Numbered from the stretch's first letter, positions 9,905 to 18,415 are shown. The stretch is DNA of 22,674 nucleotides from Nitrospinota bacterium (GCA_030754595.1 JASLZZ010000029.1:1-22674); one strand, 5' to 3'. The notes: a model not told the origin generated them from the letters alone. Made by a program: numbers and translations.

Positions 9905-10786
9905 ATGAGTGATCGGGTGGTCCTCCTCGGAAGCACGGGCTTTGCCGGCGCGGCGATCATGAGGGAGCTGGGCCGCCGTGAAGGCGTTGACGCGGAGGGC
10001 CACGCATCCGCCTCCATCGATCTCACATCCCCGGAGTCCCCGGCTCGGCTCGGCCGGATCGCAGACGAAAATTCCATTCTCATTTCGGCTGTCCGCCCCA
10101 GGCCGTCGGGAGATTCCTTCGAGACGTTCACGAAGGATCTCGCCATCTCGGCGAACCTCGCAAGGTTCCTTTCCGGAAGGAGAATCCGGAAACTCGTCCA
10201 TTTCAGTACGGTATCCGTGTACGATGACGAGGTGACGAACATGGCGATTACGGAGAGGACGCCCGTGGCCCCGGCGTCGTTGTATGGAATCGCCAGGCTG
10301 GCGGGAGAATACCTGCTGCGGGAATGTGCGGAACGCTCGAGGACCCCCGTTGTCATTCTCCGGTCTTGTAAAATTTACGGTCCGGGCGATACATCGGGCG
10401 GTTACGGCCCTGCGGGATTTATCGAATCGATCTTGAAGGAAGGGAAAGTCCGCCTGTTCGGCGACGGCCGGGAACTCAGGGACTTGCTCTACATCGAGGA
10501 TCTTGCCGGGGCCGCCGCCCGATTTGCGTTGGGGGAGGCCTGCGGCACATACAATCTCGTCACGGGCGAGAGCCATTCGTTCAGGGATATTCTGGACCAT
10601 CTGCGGCATATCAGCGGGGTTGAAATCGAGGTCGTCTCCCGGGAGCGGAGCAAGCCCAGGGTGGACCAGAAATTCGACACTTCCGCTTTGATGGCCGCCG
10701 TGCCCGGATTCCGGTTTATCGGGCTCGAGGAAGGGTTGCGGCGAACCCTCGAGGATTTCCGCGGCCGGTACTCGGAAAAAAGATAA
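9905..10786 (+). CDS. NAD(P)-dependent epimerase/reductase (extended SDR)
   Basis: LGSTGFAG, FSTVSVY, YGIAR (YxxxR in place of YxxxK), IYGPGD, RDLLYIED. Confidence 0.87.
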   Translation: MSDRVVLLGSTGFAGAAIMRELGRREGVDAEGHASASIDLTSPESPARLGRIADENSILISAVRPRPSGDSFETFTKDLAISANLARFLSGRRIRKLVHFSTVSVYDDEVTNMAITERTPVAPASLYGIARLAGEYLLRECAERSRTPVVILRSCKIYGPGDTSGGYGPAGFIESILKEGKVRLFGDGRELRDLLYIEDLAGAAARFALGEACGTYNLVTGESHSFRDILDHLRHISGVEIEVVSRERSKPRVDQKFDTSALMAAVPGFRFIGLEEGLRRTLEDFRGRYSEKR

Positions 10787-10798
10787 GGATAAAAAGTC

Positions 10799-11458
10799 AT
10801 GGCCGAAATTGACCTCATGGACAAATACCCTAAGGGCAAGCGGGCAATCGATGAGCGGGCGAAGTTGATCACCGAAGAGCATCGGCGGATAGCGCGCCGG
10901 TTTGGAAAGGAATTTTTCGACGGCGACCGCCTCAATGGGTACGGTGGCTATCATTACCATCCCCGCTTCTGGCAGGAGACGGTCAAGCGCTTCCGGGATC
11001 ACTACCGGCTGGCGGACGATGCCGGCGTCCTCGACGTCGGGTGCGGCAAGGGATTCATGTTGCACGATTTCAAGGAGCTGATGCCGGAACTGACAATCGC
11101 CGGAATCGACATTTCCGAATACACCATCGAGAACGCCATCGAGCCGGTCGCGGAATATCTCCGGGCCGGAAACGCGAGGGAGTTGCCCTACGAGGACGAT
11201 TCCTTCGACCTCGTGATTTCAATCAATACCATCCACAATTTGCCGCGCGAGGAATGTAGGCAAGCACTTCGCGAAATAAAGCGGGTGAGCCGGGCGCATT
11301 CGTTCATCGTCAACGACGCCTGGAGAAACGAGGACGAACATCAGCGGATGCTTGCATGGAACCTGACGGCATTGACCTATATGCATGTCGATGACTGGGT
11401 CGAATTTTTCGAAGAGGCCGGTTATACGGGCGATTATTACTGGTTCATCGCCGAATAG
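10799..11458 (+). CDS. Class I SAM-dependent methyltransferase
   Basis: VLDVGCGKG motif I, GIDIS, LPYEDDSFDLVIS. Confidence 0.93.
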   Translation: MAEIDLMDKYPKGKRAIDERAKLITEEHRRIARRFGKEFFDGDRLNGYGGYHYHPRFWQETVKRFRDHYRLADDAGVLDVGCGKGFMLHDFKELMPELTIAGIDISEYTIENAIEPVAEYLRAGNARELPYEDDSFDLVISINTIHNLPREECRQALREIKRVSRAHSFIVNDAWRNEDEHQRMLAWNLTALTYMHVDDWVEFFEEAGYTGDYYWFIAE

Positions 11459-11496
11459 CCGTGAACCGCCCCACCTTATAACGAGGATGATGACAC

Positions 11497-12039
11497 TTGA
11501 CGGAATTTCCATTGATCGGGCCGAAAGAGACCGTTTACCAGAACCAATATCAAGAGGTTTACCGGGTGGGTGCCGATTTCGGCGATTTTAAAAAGGAATA
11601 CTTCGTAACGGACTACGGAACCCGGTCGGGGGTTATCGTCATCGACGAGGGGCGCGTTTTACTGGTTCGCCAATACCGTTTGATGCTCAGGGGTCTTTCC
11701 TGGGAGATACCGAGCGGCAGGGTCATCGAAGGGGAGTCGCCGTAGGAGGGCGCTGTGAGGGAGTGCCGTGAGGAAACGGGTCTGGTTTGCCGTGATTTGG
11801 AGCATTTTCTGACCTTTCATCCTGCCCTGGATTCTCTTTCCAATCCTTCCTATTTGTTTTTCACCGATAAATTCATCGAAACGGATGAAATGGAAAGAGA
11901 CGGGCGGGAAGTGACGCTCCAGGAATGGGTGCCCTTCGAGCGCGCCGTTGAAATGATTTTTTCCGGTGAAATTGTGGACAGTATTTCGATACTGGCGCTT
12001 ATGTCCTATCGCCGGTGGAGCGAAAGGGAGAAGCGCTGA
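11497..12039 (+). pseudogene. Nudix hydrolase (ADP-ribose/NDP-sugar pyrophosphatase-like) interrupted by an in-frame TAG at 11743-11745
   Basis: ORFs 11497-11745 and 11755-12039 are in the same frame; read-through gives LLVRQYR...WEIPSGRVIEGESP*EGAVRECREETGL, a full Nudix box. Confidence 0.88.
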
Positions 12040-13088
12040 TGCCCCGTATCACGGAAGCCGCAATCCTGACCGAACTGGGGAAGCCGCTTTCCCTTCTGCC
12101 CCTGACGATACCGGAACTGAAGCCGGGCCAGGTCCTTGTGGACGTGGCATACAGCGGCTTGTGTCACACGCAGCTCTTGGAGATCAGGGGGAAGAGGGGC
12201 CCCGACCCTTATGTTCCGCACGCTCTGGGGCACGAGGGATCGGGCATCGTCGCCGAGACGGCCCCCGACGTGAAAAAGGTGAAACCCGGGGATCGTGTGG
12301 TCATTTCCTGGATGAAAGGCGCGGGCGCGGACGTTCCCTCGACTGCATATATCTCTGGTGACTTGAAAATCAATTCCGGTGCGGTGGGCACCTTCATGCG
12401 GCGGACGGTCACGTCTGAGAACCGGGTGACGCCGATTCCGGACGCCTTGCCTCTTCGCGAAGCCGCCCTTTTGGGGTGCGCGATACCGACGGGGGCGGGA
12501 GTCGTACTCAACACCGCGAAGGTCAAGGCCGGAGACAGCGTGGCCATTTTTGGCATCGGGGGCATCGGCCAGAGCGCGGTGCTGGCGGCGGATTTTTCGG
12601 AGGCCGGGACGATAATCGCGGTGGATGTCGTGGAAAGTAAATTGGAATTGGCCCGCCGGTTCGGCGCCACCCGGCTGATCGATGCGCGAAAAGAAGACCC
12701 CTTGAAATCGATTATGGAGATCACCGGGGGGCGAGGGGTGGATTTTTCGATTGAGGCGGCCGGCCGGGTTGAGACCATGGAGGTGGCGTTCGAGGCCGTG
12801 CGTCCGGGCGGGGGCTTGTGCGTACTTGTGGGAAATCTCCCGTTCGGCGAGCGAATTTCCATTGATCCGTTCGAACTGATCAGAGGGAAGAATATCGCCG
12901 GCACCTGGGGGGGGGAAAGCCGGCCGGACAAGGACATTCCTTTTTATGCGGATCTTTACCTCAGCGGCAAGCTCAATCTGAAGGACATGATCACCCATGT
13001 TTATGCGCTTGGCGAAATCAACCGGGGCTTCGATGAGCTTGAAAGCGGGGTGGTGCAGCGCGGACTGATCGACATGGAGCGGGACTGA
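12039..13088 (+). CDS. Zinc-binding (MDR family) alcohol dehydrogenase
   Basis: GLCHTQ, LGHEGSG, LLGCAIPTG, GIGGIG, VDVVESK; ATG 12039 overlaps the Nudix TGA. Confidence 0.92.
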   Translation: MPRITEAAILTELGKPLSLLPLTIPELKPGQVLVDVAYSGLCHTQLLEIRGKRGPDPYVPHALGHEGSGIVAETAPDVKKVKPGDRVVISWMKGAGADVPSTAYISGDLKINSGAVGTFMRRTVTSENRVTPIPDALPLREAALLGCAIPTGAGVVLNTAKVKAGDSVAIFGIGGIGQSAVLAADFSEAGTIIAVDVVESKLELARRFGATRLIDARKEDPLKSIMEITGGRGVDFSIEAAGRVETMEVAFEAVRPGGGLCVLVGNLPFGERISIDPFELIRGKNIAGTWGGESRPDKDIPFYADLYLSGKLNLKDMITHVYALGEINRGFDELESGVVQRGLIDMERD

Positions 13089-13200
13089 ATATTTTATCGA
13101 AATTCTTAAAACCGTGTCCGTCCCGTCCAGGTATTCATCAGAAACCCAGGTCCCATTTCTATTGAAGGTGGTTGTGGCGCGATGTTTACCATATGGGTGG

Positions 13201-13228
13201 CGGCTGTCAGATAGCAGCCGGTTCTTAA
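13201..13228 (+). terminator. Possible intrinsic terminator hairpin after the Zn dehydrogenase
   Basis: cggctg-tcagatag-cagccg, a 6-bp GC stem followed by gttctt; the U-tract is weak. Confidence 0.3.
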
Positions 13229-13325
13229 TAGAATTGTAGGAAAATCGAGGAATTTGTTGTTTAACGGTTGCCGGGACGCATTGGAGAGTCATCGCCCAGG
13301 GAAGTGAAATCACGATGGGAGGGTC

Positions 13326-13573
13326 ATGAAACCGATTTGCCTCATCAATCCAGTATCGTCGTTTCTTTTGGACGAGCGGGTTTTCATGAGTTTGGGGATT
13401 CTCAAGGTGGCCGCTGTTATGGAGAGCCGCGGCTATCCAGTGGAATTTCTCGATTTGTCCGGCATTTCCAACTACGAAGAAGCGATGAACAATCGGGCCG
13501 CCTACCGGATAATATATTGAGGGTGAGCGAAAAGGCCGGCGCTAAGGCTCCTCAGGATGTAAAAGAAAATTAA
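13326..13573 (+). pseudogene. Remnant of a B12-binding-domain radical SAM gene
   Basis: GGAGGG RBS, then MKPICLINPVSSFLLDERVFMSLGILKVAAVMESRGYPVEFLDLS, the typical start of a cobalamin-binding domain (LINP...LG...AA...G..V...D); stops after 64 aa with no CxxxCxxC. Confidence 0.75.
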
Positions 13574-13669
13574 TCTTATGCACAACAAAACGATACTCAA
13601 CCCGCAGGCCTAACATTTAAATCTGGTCGTTTTCCCTGACCGCGCCGGAAACCTCCATGACGATAATAA

Positions 13670-15085
13670 TCATTTGTTGAGCCAGTCCGTCTTGAAGGTT
13701 CCCTGCCTGTCCACACGTTGGTATCCGTGCGAGCCGAAATAATCCCGCTGGGCCTGCAGGAGTTCTCCCCCCAACGAGCCGCTCACGAACGCGGAGTAAT
13801 ACGCCAGGGCCGACATGATGGCGGGAGCGGGGATGCCGAAACGGGCGATCTCCCTGGCCATATGGCGCCACGGGGATTCACGGGATTCCAGTTGCCCGGC
13901 TAACTGCGGAGCAAGGAGAAGATTCTCCAGGGAGGGGTTTGCCCGAAACGAATCACTGATAATTCCGAGAAGAGAAGATCGGACAATACATCCGCCCCGC
14001 CATATTCCGGCGATTCGGCCTTGATCGAAATCCCACCCGTATTTCTTTCCGGCTTTGGCCAGAAGAGAAAAACCCTGGATGTAAGCGCAAAGAGTAGAAC
14101 AGAGGACCGCCCCTTTCAGGCGCGCGAGATTCTCGCTTTGAGAGGCGGCGTTTTCTCCGGCCGGTTTACCTGCCCCGCCCGCCTGGCTGACCTGGGGCCG
14201 ATCCGCCTCCGAAAGGAACCTTGCATGCACCGCCTCCGCAAGAGTGGGGGCGGGTGCGCCAAGTTCCAGGGCGGCCACTGCGGCCCAGCGGCCCGTCCCC
14301 GTTTGCCGGGCGCTTCCCAGGATAACCTCGATGATTGGCTTTCCGGTTTCGGAATCGCGCTTAGAAAGGATGTCGGCCGTGATCTGAATGAGATAGGAAC
14401 CCATTTCCCCGTCGGACCAGGAAGCAAAAACCGCCTGAATCTCGGATATGGACAAGCCGCAAAGGCGGTCCATGATCAAATATGCTTCGGCGATAATCTG
14501 CATCGCGGCATATTCGATTCCGTTGTGGGCCATTTTTACAAAGTGCCCCCCGGGGCTTGGGCCCACGCGGGCGAAGCAACGCTCCCCGTCCACGGATGCC
14601 GAGACGGCCCCGAGAACAGCTTCCACCCGGGCGCACCCGCTCCGGGAGCCGCCCGCCGAGATAGATGGGCCGTGCCGTGCCCCATGCCACCCGCCGGAAA
14701 TGCCCAGATCCACCCATTCGACCCCCGCGTCCCCTACGCGGCCGGCCCGCCGTTCCGTGTCGCGAAAAAAGGAATTGCCCCCATCGGCAAGAAGGTCCCC
14801 CCTTTCGAGGAAGGGAAGAAGATCGTCGATCAACCGGTCGACCTCCGGGCCCGAGGGAATCATCATGAGAAGGGTACGGGGTGTGGCCAGACTCTCGATC
14901 AATTCGGGCAGGCTTCGGCACAAAACGGACATTTCCGAAAGGCCGGATATATCCGCATGGTCGTATCCGGCGACACGGAAACCGTGTTCGGTCAGATTCA
15001 GGGCCAGGTTCCGCCCCATCGCGCCGAAACCGATGATGCCGATGTCGGAATGTTTTGGGAGCCCCGAGCGGCCGCGAATGGTCAT
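13670..15085 (-). CDS. gnd: 6-phosphogluconate dehydrogenase, decarboxylating (long-chain type, divergent)
   Basis: GFGAMGRNLALN, DGGNS, GISGG, GHFVKMAHNGIEY, WRGGCIVRS, QAQRDYFGSH; start uncertain (ORF is open to 15127). Confidence 0.92.
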   Translation of the reverse strand: MTIRGRSGLPKHSDIGIIGFGAMGRNLALNLTEHGFRVAGYDHADISGLSEMSVLCRSLPELIESLATPRTLLMMIPSGPEVDRLIDDLLPFLERGDLLADGGNSFFRDTERRAGRVGDAGVEWVDLGISGGWHGARHGPSISAGGSRSGCARVEAVLGAVSASVDGERCFARVGPSPGGHFVKMAHNGIEYAAMQIIAEAYLIMDRLCGLSISEIQAVFASWSDGEMGSYLIQITADILSKRDSETGKPIIEVILGSARQTGTGRWAAVAALELGAPAPTLAEAVHARFLSEADRPQVSQAGGAGKPAGENAASQSENLARLKGAVLCSTLCAYIQGFSLLAKAGKKYGWDFDQGRIAGIWRGGCIVRSSLLGIISDSFRANPSLENLLLAPQLAGQLESRESPWRHMAREIARFGIPAPAIMSALAYYSAFVSGSLGGELLQAQRDYFGSHGYQRVDRQGTFKTDWLNK

Positions 15086-15403
15086 GCGTTTCCTCAAGAT
15101 CATGCATCTGTTCGGCAAAAAACCCACATCTACGCACAGACAGTATAATGAGTCCCATTCCTCATGGGGAGTGGGTGGGTGCGGGCGGGAGGCGATTCAA
15201 GTTTAACGGGAGAGGAGGTCGGTGGTCCGGTTGGCCTGAAGCCTCTAGTTTAGAGTTCTACGAATTTATACCCCCGGTTCAGGTGTAAGACGGAAAATAT
15301 CAGGCTGAGGAAGCAGCCGGGGAGCAATCAAGAGCAGGAACTCGTTAAGTGACCGCAGGCGGATTCACTCGAGGCGCCAACGAATCTTTCCCGGGGACCG
15401 GCT

Positions 15404-16741
15404 TTAGAAATAGACCTCCGGAATGACGATGATGTCCCCCGGTTTGAGGAACTGGTCCTGGCTTCGGTCTCCTTCCATGATTTTTTCGACGTCGACCTCG
15501 ATGGCGAATTCCTCGCCTCCCTCGACCCGGACGATTCGGGTGCGGTTTGCCGCCGCCAGTTTGGTCAGCCCTCCCGCCTTGGATATGGCCTCGACAACCG
15601 AGAAGTTCTCTTCGGTGAGATCGTAGGGTCCCGGGCTATTAACCTCGCCAAAAACGAAGATTTGGTCGGCCTCGGGAATGAATACCGTGTCCTTGTCGCG
15701 TAGGGCCAGGTTGAGCGAGAGGTCTCCTTCCTTGAGGAGCCGGTTTAGGTTAACCGTGATGTGCTTGACATCTTTTTTCTTGTCCCCGGAATGCCGGAGG
15801 ACGATGATGTTTTTTCCCGCCTGGGAAACGTTGACTCCGCCGGCCTTGGCGATGGTTTCGAGAAGAGTGATCGGCCCCTTGAGAGGAATTCCGCCGGGAC
15901 TTTTAACCGCACCCAGGACGTTGATGAACTTGCTCGAAAATTCCACCACCTGGACGGTAATTTGAGGGTTGACCAGAAAATCCTTCCCCAGGCGGCTGAC
16001 GAGCGCCTTTTCGATTTGGTTCAACGTCAAACCGCCGACCCGCAATCGCCCGATCAGGGGAAATGTGATGAACCCATCGTTCCTTACGCGCATGTCTCTC
16101 TTGGTGAGGTCGGGCTCCTCGAATACCAGAATCGATAAAACGTCTTTTCCGCCGACGGTGTAATTGCCTTCCCTTTGAGTGGAGGTAACCAGGGGAACAA
16201 CGAATTTGGCTTTCTCGAGCTTTGAGTCCGGCCTTTTTTTTGCGGCCCTCGACTTGCCTCTGGGCTCACCTTCCTTGGATTCGTCCGAAACCCTGGAGGG
16301 CGAATCCTTGTAGAGAATTTCGACGACGAAGCTCTTGCTGCGCTTGCTCGACTTGAACTCAAACTCCCGCTCGGTTTGTATGTCGATACTCACGCCGCCG
16401 AATTTACCGCGAAGATTGGAAACCTTGAGGGACTTGATCCCGCCGAGGGGGAGCTTCAGTTTTTTATCGAGTGAGCCGATGTCCCGATACAAAGCGAACG
16501 GGATCCGGATTTCCAGGCGAGGCGGTTCGCTGGCCGCTTTTAGCTGAGGGTCGAATGCGCGGTCGCTTAAAAGGAAGATTTCGGTTTTCCCGTCCCCGGG
16601 TTCGATTTCTATCGCCTGAATCCGGGAGATACGGGAGACTTTCGGACCCGGACCGCCGCAACCGGCCGCCAGCGCAAAAACCGTGGACAGTAAGGCCGGG
16701 AAAATGAACCGGCGGAATCGCCTGGATGGGAAATGCCGCAT
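15404..16741 (-). CDS. Polysaccharide export (OPX/Wza-like) lipoprotein with a probable AMIN-like N-terminal domain, a Poly_export domain and SLBB repeats
   Basis: Signal peptide with lipobox LAAGC; YTVGGKDVLSILVFEEPDL, DGFITFPLIG, NPQITV, VLGAVKSPG, FGEVNSPG, LKPGDIIVIP. Confidence 0.88.
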   Translation of the reverse strand: MRHFPSRRFRRFIFPALLSTVFALAAGCGGPGPKVSRISRIQAIEIEPGDGKTEIFLLSDRAFDPQLKAASEPPRLEIRIPFALYRDIGSLDKKLKLPLGGIKSLKVSNLRGKFGGVSIDIQTEREFEFKSSKRSKSFVVEILYKDSPSRVSDESKEGEPRGKSRAAKKRPDSKLEKAKFVVPLVTSTQREGNYTVGGKDVLSILVFEEPDLTKRDMRVRNDGFITFPLIGRLRVGGLTLNQIEKALVSRLGKDFLVNPQITVQVVEFSSKFINVLGAVKSPGGIPLKGPITLLETIAKAGGVNVSQAGKNIIVLRHSGDKKKDVKHITVNLNRLLKEGDLSLNLALRDKDTVFIPEADQIFVFGEVNSPGPYDLTEENFSVVEAISKAGGLTKLAAANRTRIVRVEGGEEFAIEVDVEKIMEGDRSQDQFLKPGDIIVIPEVYF

Positions 16742-17131
16742 GGCCTTTGCGCCCTTTAACCAAATTTATCTGAAAAAATGTTGATGAAGATGTCAAAAAA
16801 GCTCGCAGATCCTACCATTCATTTCGGGTTTGCGGAAGATGGGAAGTTTCTCGCTAATGCCGGGAACAGTTATTGGGAACCCTCAAATGGTTCCAAAACT
16901 CTCGTAGGCAGTGGTACAATTATTGAATGGAGGTCAGTGTCCGAGGCGCATTCAAGGGCATCTAATTTCAGACTCGCTCAAAAACTCGCATACGAAATTT
17001 ATTAATTGAATAAATATAAAGAATTCAAAGACTTGTGAATAGTCCACGACGACTGAAAATCCGCGTGTCGGCGCTTCAACTCCGTCCCGTGGCAGCGTGA
17101 ATATTTCAAAATCGATGAACCCACTGACTGA

Positions 17132-17146
17132 ATGACTGCCAGTCAT
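17132..17146. promoter_or_regulatory. Perfect palindrome ATGACTG-C-CAGTCAT, possible transcription-factor operator
   Basis: 7+1+7 dyad in the intergenic region upstream of the OPX gene. Confidence 0.35.
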
Positions 17147-17266
17147 GAGGTCAGGTGAGCGTTTCTCGCCAGCCCTTCTGAATAATTCCAACAATCGACA
17201 GGTGAGTAAGGGCGCCGATAAAAAGGAGCGCCGCGAAAGGCCGCCCCGGGACCGGCGGTTTCTGGC

Positions 17267-18415
17267 CTACAGGCCGGAGCCATTCTCCGATGAATCGCAG
17301 TCGCTCGCCACTTCCACGGGCTCGCTGGCCCGGCGCGTTCCAGCGACGAATTCGTCGAGGAGCTGTTTCGCGCAGGTGTCGGGAATCTGAACGGGAGGGT
17401 GTTTCATGAAGTAGGCGCTCACCGGGTAGAGCGGACCCGCCTCCCCGCGGTCGCGCGCGATGCGGCAGAGGCGCACCGCGTCGATGACGACGCCCGCCGA
17501 GTTGGGCGAATCCTCGACGGAGAGCCTGGCCTCGATCTCGAGCGGGACCCCGCCGAAGCCTTCCCCCTCGATCCGCAGGAAGCATATCTTGTTGTCATCC
17601 TGCCAAGGGACGTAGTCGCTCGGTCCGATGTGGATGTTGTCCGCCTCGAGGGGCTCGTCCAACTGGCTCTGCACCGCCGATGTTTTCGAGATTTTTTTTG
17701 AGTGGAGCCTGGAGCGCTCCAGCATGTTCAGGAAATCGGTGTTGCCGCCGGTGTTGAGCTGGTAGGTCCGCTTGATCTTGACGCCGCGGTCGGCGAACAG
17801 CTTCACCAGCGTGCGGTGAAGGATCGTGGCCCCGAGCTGGGCCTTCACGTCGTCGCCGACGACGGGAATCCCCGCGTCGGTGAAGCGCGCGGCGAATTCG
17901 GGGTCCGAGACGATGAACACGGGCATGCAGTTGATGAACGAGACGCCCGAGGCAAGAGCGGCCTCGGCGTAGCGGCGCGCCGCTTCCTCGGAGCCCACCG
18001 GCATATAGTTGATCAGCATCTCGGCGCCGCTTTCGCGGAGAACAGCCTCGACATCCACCGGGTCGGCCTCGGCGGGCACGAAGGTGCGGTCGGGGTGGTA
18101 TTCCTTCATGTGATCGGCCACCCCGTCGAGGACGGGACCCATCTGGACGGTCACCCCGAGGCTCGGAACATCTTTCCAGATAGTCTTGGTGGAGTTTGGC
18201 GGCGCGAAAATCGCCTCGTGGAGCGGGCGGTCCACCTTGCGGACGTCGATGTCGAAGGCTGCGACGACCTGGATATCCTCGGGGCCGAAGCCGCCCAGCT
18301 CCCGGTGCATCAGGCCAAGATTCTCGCCAGGGTTGTTCCGGTAGTATTCGATTCCCTGCAGGAGCGAACTTGCACAGTTCCCTACACCTGCAATCGCAAT
18401 TTTAATGGCCGCCAT
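17267..18415 (-). CDS. ino1: myo-inositol-1-phosphate synthase
   Basis: IAGVGNCASSL, NYMPVGSEEA, NCMPVFI, GDDVKAQLGATILHR, YQLNTGGNTDFLNM, SKKISKT, GPSDYVPW, DSPNSAG. Confidence 0.95.
   Translation of the reverse strand: MAAIKIAIAGVGNCASSLLQGIEYYRNNPGENLGLMHRELGGFGPEDIQVVAAFDIDVRKVDRPLHEAIFAPPNSTKTIWKDVPSLGVTVQMGPVLDGVADHMKEYHPDRTFVPAEADPVDVEAVLRESGAEMLINYMPVGSEEAARRYAEAALASGVSFINCMPVFIVSDPEFAARFTDAGIPVVGDDVKAQLGATILHRTLVKLFADRGVKIKRTYQLNTGGNTDFLNMLERSRLHSKKISKTSAVQSQLDEPLEADNIHIGPSDYVPWQDDNKICFLRIEGEGFGGVPLEIEARLSVEDSPNSAGVVIDAVRLCRIARDRGEAGPLYPVSAYFMKHPPVQIPDTCAKQLLDEFVAGTRRASEPVEVASDCDSSENGSGL

Noticed and set aside
11743..11745. Genome-wide TAG reassignment or pyrrolysine
   Set aside because: TAG is the normal terminator of at least four full-length genes here and no pyl machinery is seen
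457..13313. Long antisense ORFs (457-1356, 4473-5279, 5486-6490, 6565-7560, 9869-11065, 12006-13313)
   Set aside because: Shadow frames of GC-rich genes with no recognisable motifs; they lie opposite well-supported CDSs
14021..15206. Plus-strand ORFs of 375 aa and 252 aa
   Set aside because: Antisense shadows of gnd
15271..15322. SRP-RNA-like words (tcagg...ggaagcagcc) within a ccccgg/ccgggg stem
   Set aside because: Lacks the GNRA-capped helix between CAGG and AGCA required for SRP domain IV; probably just a local hairpin
16778..17194. Short ORFs 16778-17005 (+) and 16952-17194 (-)
   Set aside because: AT-rich, atypical codon usage, no motifs or RBS; treated as intergenic
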